Source: an uncultured Syntrophomonas sp.
Lineage (GTDB): Bacteria > Bacillota > Syntrophomonadia > Syntrophomonadales > Syntrophomonadaceae
DNA length: 54,831 nt
Direction: 5' to 3'
NCBI GenBank assembly: GCA_964618175.1
Contig: CAZTZX010000004.1
Coordinates: 1 to 54,831, forward strand
A program made the position numbers and the translations under genes. Every line of letters begins with the position of its first letter. Position 1 is the stretch's first letter. The notes under the pieces are model-generated. The model did no database searches. It had not been told where the DNA came from and was given only the letters and a program-made list of their open reading frames with translations. Below are positions 1 to 7,786 of this stretch, in pieces.

Positions 1-1
1 A

Positions 2-412
2 TTATTTGGCGTATCACCCAGGGATAATGATGATGCCCTTATCCGTTTAACAAACTTGTCACCAACGGCACCCAATATTGATCTTGCCATTGAGGGCGGA
101 GTCACCTTATTTAATGATGTAGGATACAGTCAGGTAACGGAATTTGAAATAATTGAACCTGGAACCTACATTTTGCAACTGCGTATAGGCAATGACGATG
201 ACACCGTTCTAGCTTCAGGAACTATGAAAGTTAAACCTAGAAACGCTTATACAGTATATGCTATTGGACTTGTCGAAGAGAACCCGCCTTTAGAAATTGG
301 TTTCTTTACCGACCAAATCCCATTTTTCTCCCAACAAATAAATCCAACGGTATTTAGGAAAGACAACTGGTCTATTAGTAGAGTTCCCCGAATAACACTG
401 GTCTATAAGTAG
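2..412 (+). CDS. DUF4397-like cell-surface/secreted domain protein, C-terminal part (5' end lies outside the window)
   Basis: The frame is open from base 2 (LFGVSPRDNDDALIRLTNLSPTAPNIDL...), so the listed start at 56 is only an internal TTG. The pattern IRLTNLSPTAPNIDL...G...L is typical of DUF4397 repeats. A hairpin follows the stop. Confidence 0.55.
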   Translation, partial: LFGVSPRDNDDALIRLTNLSPTAPNIDLAIEGGVTLFNDVGYSQVTEFEIIEPGTYILQLRIGNDDDTVLASGTMKVKPRNAYTVYAIGLVEENPPLEIGFFTDQIPFFSQQINPTVFRKDNWSISRVPRITLVYK

Positions 413-419
413 AAGAACA

Positions 420-461
420 CAGCCCTTGGCATGCGGAAGCATCTTGCATCGCCAAGGGCTG
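420..461 (+). terminator. Hairpin downstream of the DUF4397 gene (11-bp stem)
   Basis: CAGCCCTTGGC (420-430) pairs perfectly with GCCAAGGGCTG (451-461). The loop has an extra ATGC/GCAT pairing. The downstream tract is only moderately T-rich. Confidence 0.4.
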
Positions 462-789
462 TTACGTGCCCTTTAACTTACTTTTATAAGAGGGCAGGGG
501 AGCAACTAGCCCGCCACCAACCACCGAATCATCATGTTGGCGACATAATGACGCATTGGACGCCTTTTCGTTGTTGTTGGATGGATTATTCCACCATTGA
601 TTTTCCAAGGGTCTTAAAAGCCAAAATATTAGGCCTATCAGAGAGTGACATCTTTTCACTTTACATTAATGGCAAGTATGATAGCATATCACGCCTCGCT
701 GGCCGTAGCGGCACGGTGATTAATTGATTGATTTAATTGTTGAATTGATTGTCATGAATAATAGTTCGTATCTGATCTACAGAACAGAA

Positions 790-867
790 AATGAACATTC
801 TGTAAACTAGCCTCACTGTAAAACAGGTAACTAAAAGGATTTCATGCTAGTTTACATAATGTTCATT
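790..867 (-). terminator. Long inverted repeat, probably the terminator of the minus-strand GLUG gene
   Basis: AATGAACATTCTGTAAACTAGC (790-811) matches the reverse complement of 846-867 at 21 of 22 positions. The spacer is 34 nt. On the minus strand the stem is followed by TTTTCTGTT. Confidence 0.4.
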
Positions 868-947
868 ATCGGAAGTTGGGGAAGGACTATGAAAGGAGCC
901 AATAATTTTTACGGTTCAGCTAATTGAATTAGCATCTTAAATATCTC

Positions 948-2867
948 CTATGGCCATAAACCAACCATGACCGGTGCCAGAAGCATTGTCCAACGGCTTA
1001 GCTGTACCCAGGGCTTTATAATCGGAATCATTTGAGTCAACATCGCTGAATTGGTAGTTGTAGTTGTATCCTTAGCCGTCGAACTACTACCGTCCTGCTC
1101 CGAAGACCTGCCAGACGGCGGATTATACTGTGTGGGAGGAGTAACTGGCTGGGGCTCGACTCGCACGATGGCAACTACTTGGAGATCAACGGGGGGTTCA
1201 GCCTGTTGAACTTCGGAGGGTAGCAAAAAGGTTCCCTCAGTCAAATATGCTCCCGTTTGATAAGCATTGTAATTACTTAAATCCCAGGTAATATTCACTA
1301 GGTGAATGTCGCCATTACTGTCGGTTATGGTAGTTGTTTCCGGTAAGGCTGCTATGACCTCGGCTAAACTTGCTCCGTAAGCAACCGTAATACTATCTAC
1401 CCCATTAATAGATGCAATAATGGGTTCCTTTTCTTTGATTGTCACCGTTACTGTATATGTTTGTTGACTTTGGTCTTCAGCTATTACGGAGTACGGTACT
1501 TGATCACTAAAATCTTGGGCTTCTTCTGTATCCGGAATTATAGTTTTGCCAGAGTACTTTACGGTGGGTATCAAATTAGTGACGTCAGTTCCATCAGGCA
1601 CCAACACCCTTATAGTCTTATTTTCTTGATCAATAATCCCTCTAACCGTTGGAGATAGCTTATTAAACTCAAATGCGGTTATTATTTTAGGGTCTCTTAA
1701 GGTGTAGCCGGGGTCAGGATCCTGCCTATTATTGATAAGATAAGGATAGGAATAATGAGTTGGGGTGTTGACTATACCCCATATGACATCTTCGCCGACA
1801 AAGTTCCAATCTATAAATGTCTCCATTGATTTCATATCCGCTGTGGTTTTCGGTTCCCCCCTGTCACTATCAGTATTTATTGCAACTGTCGAATCGTAAT
1901 ATGAATTAACAACTTCAGGATCATTAGTGCAGTAACCAACTATTCCGCCAGCTGTCCACGGTTCAGTTATAGGCGGACGTGCCGTTACGCTTCCGACAGC
2001 GAAGCAATTTCGTATTATACCTTTAGAATCTAATCCGATCAGTCCACCCGCATACGGGCCGATTGCGGAAATCACACCACTAGCATAAGAATTGCTTGTA
2101 ATGCTATTGGTGTGATTTCCAACCAATCCTCCTACTGAGCCGATTCCTTCTACAGTAACCAATGCGTAAGATTCACTGATACTTCCCCCTGCAACAGAGT
2201 ACCCCACCAGACCGCCAATACTTCGTCCAACACCAATCACAGTTCCGACCATGCTTGATGCCAGGATGTTGCCTTGGTTTTGCCCAACTAAACCGCCGAT
2301 AAAACTGGTACCATATACTTCCCCTTGCACATAAAAGTTGCTTATTTTTCCGCAGTTAAAACCGACCAGTGCACCGGTATAAAACTTTCCATTTACCGAA
2401 GCATTCTCGAGTTTACCATTAGTTATATGGCACTTTTCGCCAGTGTAGCCGAACAAACCTTGATAATCCTTATCGCTATTAATATATAAGCCTTTAATAG
2501 TATATCCATTAGCATTAAAGGTTCCTGTAAATTCATTCTTATCATCGGCTCCGATCGGTACCCACCCGTTATCTGTGATCCAAGCCGTCTTATTATCGCC
2601 ATGTAAGTAGTCATTAGGTGAAGTAAAGTTTAAGTCGTTCATTAAGATATAATGTTTGTCCAGGTGATCTCGAACATAATCGAGATGCTCAATTTTTCTT
2701 ATCTGATAGGGATCAGCTTCTGTGCCGGTACCACCAGCAAATTCTTCTAAACTAAAATTATTGGTGCTAGCACACGCTACATTATCGGCTCCATATGCCC
2801 ATACCATTGTTATGACTAATAAGCTAATAGCCAGGCATAGTCTGCTAAGTTTGATTAATCGCCACAT
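948..2867 (-). CDS. Secreted GLUG-motif repeat protein with Ig-like C-terminal modules (adhesin- or protease-like surface protein)
   Basis: - Signal peptide: MWRLIKLSRLCLAISLLVITMVWAYG.
- Array of Gly-rich repeats: GALVGFN, GGLVGQN, GGLVGYS, GGLVGNH, GGLIGLD, GGIVGYC.
- Beta-sandwich-like modules: ITAFEFNKL...YTVTVTI and ITWDLSNYN.
- Ser/Thr-rich stalk and a terminal hydrophobic segment (MLLAPVMVGLW). Confidence 0.7.
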   Translation of the reverse strand: MWRLIKLSRLCLAISLLVITMVWAYGADNVACASTNNFSLEEFAGGTGTEADPYQIRKIEHLDYVRDHLDKHYILMNDLNFTSPNDYLHGDNKTAWITDNGWVPIGADDKNEFTGTFNANGYTIKGLYINSDKDYQGLFGYTGEKCHITNGKLENASVNGKFYTGALVGFNCGKISNFYVQGEVYGTSFIGGLVGQNQGNILASSMVGTVIGVGRSIGGLVGYSVAGGSISESYALVTVEGIGSVGGLVGNHTNSITSNSYASGVISAIGPYAGGLIGLDSKGIIRNCFAVGSVTARPPITEPWTAGGIVGYCTNDPEVVNSYYDSTVAINTDSDRGEPKTTADMKSMETFIDWNFVGEDVIWGIVNTPTHYSYPYLINNRQDPDPGYTLRDPKIITAFEFNKLSPTVRGIIDQENKTIRVLVPDGTDVTNLIPTVKYSGKTIIPDTEEAQDFSDQVPYSVIAEDQSQQTYTVTVTIKEKEPIIASINGVDSITVAYGASLAEVIAALPETTTITDSNGDIHLVNITWDLSNYNAYQTGAYLTEGTFLLPSEVQQAEPPVDLQVVAIVRVEPQPVTPPTQYNPPSGRSSEQDGSSSTAKDTTTTTNSAMLTQMIPIIKPWVQLSRWTMLLAPVMVGLWP

Positions 2868-3082
2868 TTCCCTCTCCCCAGTCCCCCATTACTGGTATCA
2901 TATACATTATATCCCCTTATTATAACATAAATGCATAAAAATACCCGTGGCTTAGACGGGCGAAAAGAGACTAGGTTAAATTGTAATTGTTAGAATTAGT
3001 CAGGTAGGTAGGACAATACTGCACACATTAGGAAACCTTCATAACTACAATTTATGTTATGAGGTGACGTTTACAAAATTAT

Positions 3083-3120
3083 ATAAAGATTGGCCCGGCT
3101 GAGGCGGGCCCAATCTTTAT
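3083..3120 (-). terminator. GC-rich hairpin flanked by A/T runs, overlapping the LysR stop codon (could act in both directions)
   Basis: ATAAAGATTGGCCCGGCTGAGGCGGGCCCAATCTTTAT. The arms ATTGGCCCG and CGGGCCCAAT pair with one bulge, and AAAGA/TCTTT extend the stem. Confidence 0.55.
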
Positions 3121-4064
3121 ATAAATCTCATTTTTTGATTTTGATTATAGTCGGTTTCCGCTTTCCACATTGAATTGGGATCAGTTAAAAACTCCAAGAA
3201 GTCCTCTTTCATCCCGGTTAAGTTCTCATTAGCTCGGGTCACTACTCGCATATCCCAGACTAAACTTAGCCCTTTTACTTCCATACGTACCAAATGCCCT
3301 TCCTGAATCTCTCTCTGAACTACCGGCAGGGGTACCAGCGATATTCCCTTATTCCTTAAAACTGCTTCTTTGATTGCTTCGAAGTTGCTTATCTCGGTTA
3401 CAATATTAAAGTCTTCGAAAGAAACTCCTTTAGTTTTTAAATACGAATCTACAAAATGGCGAATACTGGATTCTTCTTCCCGAGCGATAAAGGGGGTTTG
3501 CATTAACTCCTCTAAAGAAACTATCCGGCTACTAAACCATCGATTAAAGGCCGGAGCAATTAGTACCAGTTCATTACTTTTAACTGTATATACGTCCAGA
3601 TCTTTATCCAAGAAAGAATCACCTTCTATTACTCCCAGGTCAAGGGAACGATCTTTGATGGAGTTTATAATGTCGTTGCTGTGGCCAATATCCAACCTAA
3701 TATGAACGTTATCATGTAGTTCTTTAAAGGTTATTATAGATGAAGGCAAGAAATAATTGCCTGCTGTATAGTTGGCACCTACATTAATAAATTCTTTATT
3801 ATTTCCGGAAATATTGGCGATTTCACGTTCCATCTCAGCATAAACAGCTAAGATACGTTCACCGTATTCGTAAAACTTTCTCCCAGCTTCAGTAAGTTTA
3901 ACTCCGGTGTTACAGCGTTCAAATAGCGCTACATTGAAGTTCTGTTCCAATATTTTCACCTGAGAACTGATAGCTGGCTGGGTAAAATTCAGTATTTTAG
4001 CAGCTTTAGTAAAGCTCTTGGCCTGGGCTATAGTGCGAAATACTTCAAACTGTTCTATATTCAT
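3117..4064 (-). CDS. LysR-family transcriptional regulator
   Basis: N-terminal winged HTH (FEVFRTIAQAKSFTKAAKILNFTQPAISSQVKILE) followed by a LysR substrate-binding fold of typical length (315 aa). Confidence 0.9.
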   Translation of the reverse strand: MNIEQFEVFRTIAQAKSFTKAAKILNFTQPAISSQVKILEQNFNVALFERCNTGVKLTEAGRKFYEYGERILAVYAEMEREIANISGNNKEFINVGANYTAGNYFLPSSIITFKELHDNVHIRLDIGHSNDIINSIKDRSLDLGVIEGDSFLDKDLDVYTVKSNELVLIAPAFNRWFSSRIVSLEELMQTPFIAREEESSIRHFVDSYLKTKGVSFEDFNIVTEISNFEAIKEAVLRNKGISLVPLPVVQREIQEGHLVRMEVKGLSLVWDMRVVTRANENLTGMKEDFLEFLTDPNSMWKAETDYNQNQKMRFI

Positions 4065-4199
4065 CCAAAAATCCCCCTGGTCACGAACCTATTAAATATT
4101 TTTATACTCTTATAATAATATCAAACTTAGGACATTTTACAATAGATTTCGATCTGCAAGGGTTGTCCTCGAAGTTTTAGAAAGGTGGTATCTTCAATC

Positions 4200-4490
4200 A
4201 TGTTTGTCGTTTATGGAACCATTGACCTGCATTTACCCTATTCATCTTCATTGAAAGAAAAACGCAAGACGGTACAGGCTATCATCTCACGAGTTAGAAA
4301 ACGCTTTAATGTTTCTATTAGCGAAGTTGATCATCACGAGCTTTGGCAGCGCTCTACTATTGGATTTGCCGCAGTAAGTGCCAGCTTCGCAGAATCCGAA
4401 TTGATATTGTCAGCCTTAAAAGAAACCATTTATCAACATAGCGATCAAGCGGAACTAATTGACTTCCTTTATAGCCAAATCTCGGAATAA
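4200..4490 (+). CDS. DUF503 (YlxP-like) family protein
   Basis: LPYSSSLKEKRKTVQAIISRVRKRFNVSISEVDHHELWQRSTIGFAAVS matches the DUF503 signature (SLKEKR ... FNVSxxEV ... WQR). The ATG at 4200 gives the family-typical N-terminus. The track start at 4185 is a GTG lying inside the likely SD (GAAAGGTGG). Confidence 0.8.
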   Translation: MFVVYGTIDLHLPYSSSLKEKRKTVQAIISRVRKRFNVSISEVDHHELWQRSTIGFAAVSASFAESELILSALKETIYQHSDQAELIDFLYSQISE

Positions 4491-4603
4491 ATTTCCATGA
4501 TATTCCATGGTTATAATAAAGGATATTGTCATTTAATGTTGAATTCTGGGTAGTAATTACTTTTCTGTAAAGAAAACTTTGCAAAGGAAAGGAGTGATAA
4601 TCT

Positions 4604-6121
4604 TTGCAAAAAGTAAGAGCTACCATTTCACGTTGTATAGCAGTACTCATTATTGCGGTTCTAGCCTGGTCCGCGATCATGGTACTGCCAAAGGATGCCG
4701 AGGGACTGACTATATCGTATCAACAAGCAACCACCATTGCTTCGCCCCAGCAGCCAGCCGGGATTGATGGCAATCCTTCTTCAGAAGCTGTCACCATTAG
4801 GGTTAACGGAGTTCCCTATACATATTACACTTCGGTGTCAGGATCCACCCCACTACCGAACTTAAAACCGCTGGTAACTACACCGAAAGTACCTACCGGA
4901 TTAAAGGTTGTTTCGATAGGTAATGGTCGACTTGATCTGTCCTGGAACAGAAACTCCGAATCCGACTTAAAGCAGTATCGTCTGGCCTATAAGCCGGCAG
5001 GTGGTTCTTATAAGTCTGTGTTTACCACTGGTACAAGCTATAGTTTAAGCGGCTTGGAGAACGGCAAAAAGTACACTCTGAAGGTCAAAGCTATCAGTAA
5101 TAGCGGTGGAGAATCCAGTTACTGTAGCTTTGTATACGCTACTCCCAAGTTAACAGCCCCCAGTGTGCCCAAAGGATTAACAGTTGTGTCGGTTGGTGAC
5201 GGCCAACTGGACGTTGCCTGGAACAAGAATTCCGAATCCAATTTAAAGCAGTATCGTCTGGCTTATAAACCAGAAGGTGGATCCTACAAGTCTGTTTATA
5301 CTACTGGTACAAGCTGTAGCTTGATCGGCCTTGAAAACGGCAAGAAATACACTCTGAAAGTCAAAGCTATCAGTAATAGCGGTGAAGAGTCCAGTTACTG
5401 TAGCTTTGTCTATGCAAAACCAGCTAGTTCTGCTACGCCCCCATCTCAGTCAAACGTTGAAGTAAAAACGCTGGCATCCGGAACTAAACAGGCGACTTCA
5501 CTGTATGTGATCAAGAGTGGTAAACCGGGACCAGTTGTTATGGTTGTGGGCGGTGTACACGGTAATGAAAAGGCTGGTTATACTGCAGCCCGAAAAATAT
5601 CCGAATACCAGGTCAGCCGTGGTACTCTCCTGGTTCTACCTGAAGCTAACCAATTAGCTATTAAGGCCGGTCGTCGAGCAGCCTCAGGCTATAGTGATCT
5701 GAACCGTTCATTCCCCCAATCATCCAGCCAGGCACCCAAGACGGCTTTATCTCGTGCTATTTACAGTGCGATCAAGGACCATAAAGTTGACTGGTTAATA
5801 GATCTTCATGAGGGGTACGACTACTACAAAAACTCCAGCACTAATTCTGTCGGTCAGACCATGATTTATTATCCAGCTAATTCTACCCGACCCACAGCTC
5901 AAGCTATAGTGAATGATCTAAATAAGGGTATCAGCACTTCAAGCCAGAAATTCACCCTACTACGTTATCCGGTCAAAGGTAGTTTGACCCGGGCAGCTGG
6001 CGAATATCTAGGGGTTCGTGCTATGATCTTTGAGACCTATTCTAAACCTGCCTTGTCGACCCGGGTTAAATACCAAACCCAGGCGGTCAATAAACTGTTG
6101 AGCAGTCTAAATATGCGCTAG
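4604..6121 (+). CDS. Secreted protein: signal/anchor segment, two tandem fibronectin type III domains, and a C-terminal M14/succinylglutamate-desuccinylase-like zinc carboxypeptidase domain
   Basis: - TTG start 8 nt after GGAGTG.
- Hydrophobic N-terminus: CIAVLIIAVLAWSAIMVL.
- Two 92-aa FN3 units (LxxSWNxN...YRLAYKP...KKYTLKVKAISNSG).
- Peptidase motifs: VVGGVHGNEKAGYTAA, DLNRSFP, WLIDLHEG. Confidence 0.75.
   Translation: MQKVRATISRCIAVLIIAVLAWSAIMVLPKDAEGLTISYQQATTIASPQQPAGIDGNPSSEAVTIRVNGVPYTYYTSVSGSTPLPNLKPLVTTPKVPTGLKVVSIGNGRLDLSWNRNSESDLKQYRLAYKPAGGSYKSVFTTGTSYSLSGLENGKKYTLKVKAISNSGGESSYCSFVYATPKLTAPSVPKGLTVVSVGDGQLDVAWNKNSESNLKQYRLAYKPEGGSYKSVYTTGTSCSLIGLENGKKYTLKVKAISNSGEESSYCSFVYAKPASSATPPSQSNVEVKTLASGTKQATSLYVIKSGKPGPVVMVVGGVHGNEKAGYTAARKISEYQVSRGTLLVLPEANQLAIKAGRRAASGYSDLNRSFPQSSSQAPKTALSRAIYSAIKDHKVDWLIDLHEGYDYYKNSSTNSVGQTMIYYPANSTRPTAQAIVNDLNKGISTSSQKFTLLRYPVKGSLTRAAGEYLGVRAMIFETYSKPALSTRVKYQTQAVNKLLSSLNMR
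4889..5422 (+). repeat. Tandem in-frame duplication of 276 nt (two FN3 domains) inside the peptidase gene
   Basis: Unit 1 is 4889-5164 and unit 2 runs from 5165 to about 5422. Long identical DNA runs are shared, for example AAAGCAGTATCGTCTGGC, GTCAAAGCTATCAGTAATAGCGGTG and TCCAGTTACTGTAGCTTTGT. Confidence 0.85.
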
Positions 6122-6132
6122 TCTTTAGACGT

Positions 6133-7782
6133 TTAACGAATAATATTAGTTCGGCTGGTTCCGCGAATGGGACCGGAGGTTATTCGACCACGTTGGGTAG
6201 TAGTCGATACTGACCTCCGGTCTCGACTTGCATTTACAGAAGCACGCGACCTGGTAGTGCGCATATCAGTTACGCCAACTCGCGAGCTGCTTCTGGAATA
6301 ATAGGAGGATCGACCAGGTCGGCTACTGCCTGATGTACCTCCTAAAGGGCTCATGGTACTGCTGGTAGCTGATAACACTGAGGATGGTCTGTTGCGTGAC
6401 TTACTGGCACTGTTATATTCCCTTTTAGCAGGTTGATTTAGCTTCCAGCCTTTTCTTAGATCAGTTTTTTCATCCCAGATCACCTGGTTCATTATCATTT
6501 CCGGTATAATTTGCAGCTCTCCCTGGTATTCTTGATACAAATCCAATTTCTCTATATTAGCCCATAAGGAATCAAACATGGGCCGAAAATAATCCTGGTC
6601 CCCTTTATAAAAAGCCTTTTGAGCCTCGGCAGTATTTAGATAGTTCTGGGGAATTTCCGCGTAACGATTAGCAACGATCTTGGCCAGACATAACACTGCG
6701 GTAGTCACTTTTTGACTCATCAACCAACTTCCCGGAGTGCGATATTCAAAACCTCCATGCTCTTTTATTCGATAGTCTCCCATGAAACCATATTTTCTTC
6801 TTCGCCGGGCGGCTGAGGTAGGATTTTCGATCAAGAAGATGGGGATGCCCAGATAGTTGTCAAGAGCTCTGAGTAGACCCCCGTCCAACTTAATGTTACT
6901 GAAGTGTATGTGTCCACCTATAGAGTAACCTTTTACCGGCTGGCTTCCTGCGATCCAACGGGTATTCCGATAAGGTGCCATCCTGGAGGCACTGATAAGA
7001 GCCTGCCTTATATTTGAACTAAGTTCTAAAGGTGACAAAGTTGGGCGGGGTCTTACCTCGGCAATAGGCCGCTGCTGCCGGTTGGGAACTCGAATATTAT
7101 CGCAGCCGATTATGCCATCTCGCGGAAAGAACTCCGAGGCCGATAGCATTTTGCCCGTCTTGCTATTTAGGATCATGAACTCAGGATCAGCTCCCATTTT
7201 AACCTGTATGCTTCTGAGTTCGACTTCCCTTTCAGCCATGTTTTTAATCTTATCCATGATGTGATTAAAATCTTTATCGCGAGGTTCGGGAGAGGAGTTT
7301 ATATTGACCACCTTATAACGGCGCTTAGCGGTCAGCACTATAGTCACCATAGCTATATCCAATCCTACCAAATAGGCTACCCTTCTGGCTAAATCAGCAA
7401 TCTTTTGGTTATCTCTTTCCCGAATATACTTGGACTGCTGTTTACCTCTTATAAAGGTGGAAACTTTTATTGAAACTGCCTCCAGGTCCACTATCAACAC
7501 GTCATAGCTTCGATTTACGGTTTCCTCTTCTGATAATCCATGATAAATACTGTTAGCACTAAGGATTCCAGTAGCTTTATCAATATCTAAGCTGTTGCGT
7601 ACTGCGCGGGGGGTATTAATAATACGTCGTACCGATGAAAAGCGGTCAATGCGATCGATCTGATAATAATCTATATTATTAATGGCCAAGACCCTGTATT
7701 CTACTTCCTCAAACAGTTTTTGCATGGCATTCAGCAGCTTTTCTCCAACCGAATTCATTTGGTATAGTATAGTCAGATTCAT
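6133..7782 (-). CDS. phiEco32-like COOH-NH2 ligase type 2 (amidoligase) with an ATP-grasp-like N-terminal region and a Ser/Arg-rich C-terminal tail
   Basis: - The ATG at 7782 is preceded by AAGGAAGG. The track start at 7824 would overlap the upstream gene.
- Central motifs: GADPEFMI, GYSIGGHIHFS, GGFEYRTPGSW.
- The N-terminal part ends ARRVAYLVGLDIAMVTIVLTAKRRYKVVNINSSPE.
- The last 101 aa are low-complexity and rich in S, R and T. Confidence 0.6.
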   Translation of the reverse strand: MNLTILYQMNSVGEKLLNAMQKLFEEVEYRVLAINNIDYYQIDRIDRFSSVRRIINTPRAVRNSLDIDKATGILSANSIYHGLSEEETVNRSYDVLIVDLEAVSIKVSTFIRGKQQSKYIRERDNQKIADLARRVAYLVGLDIAMVTIVLTAKRRYKVVNINSSPEPRDKDFNHIMDKIKNMAEREVELRSIQVKMGADPEFMILNSKTGKMLSASEFFPRDGIIGCDNIRVPNRQQRPIAEVRPRPTLSPLELSSNIRQALISASRMAPYRNTRWIAGSQPVKGYSIGGHIHFSNIKLDGGLLRALDNYLGIPIFLIENPTSAARRRRKYGFMGDYRIKEHGGFEYRTPGSWLMSQKVTTAVLCLAKIVANRYAEIPQNYLNTAEAQKAFYKGDQDYFRPMFDSLWANIEKLDLYQEYQGELQIIPEMIMNQVIWDEKTDLRKGWKLNQPAKREYNSASKSRNRPSSVLSATSSTMSPLGGTSGSSRPGRSSYYSRSSSRVGVTDMRTTRSRASVNASRDRRSVSTTTQRGRITSGPIRGTSRTNIIR

Positions 7783-7786
7783 AAGA

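Noticed and set aside
431-727. 98-aa plus-strand ORF (and the 65-aa antisense ORF 462..659) in the gap between the convergent genes
   Set aside because: No SD precedes the ATG. The start lies inside a terminator hairpin, the composition is odd (many Cys, Trp, His and Pro), and I recognise no family. I treat it as non-coding or at most a decayed remnant. The region is reported as a finding instead.
4889-5422. Repeats considered as a possible CRISPR or non-coding tandem array
   Set aside because: The two units are 276 nt each, in frame, and encode FN3 domains. No short repeat-spacer periodicity is present anywhere in the window.
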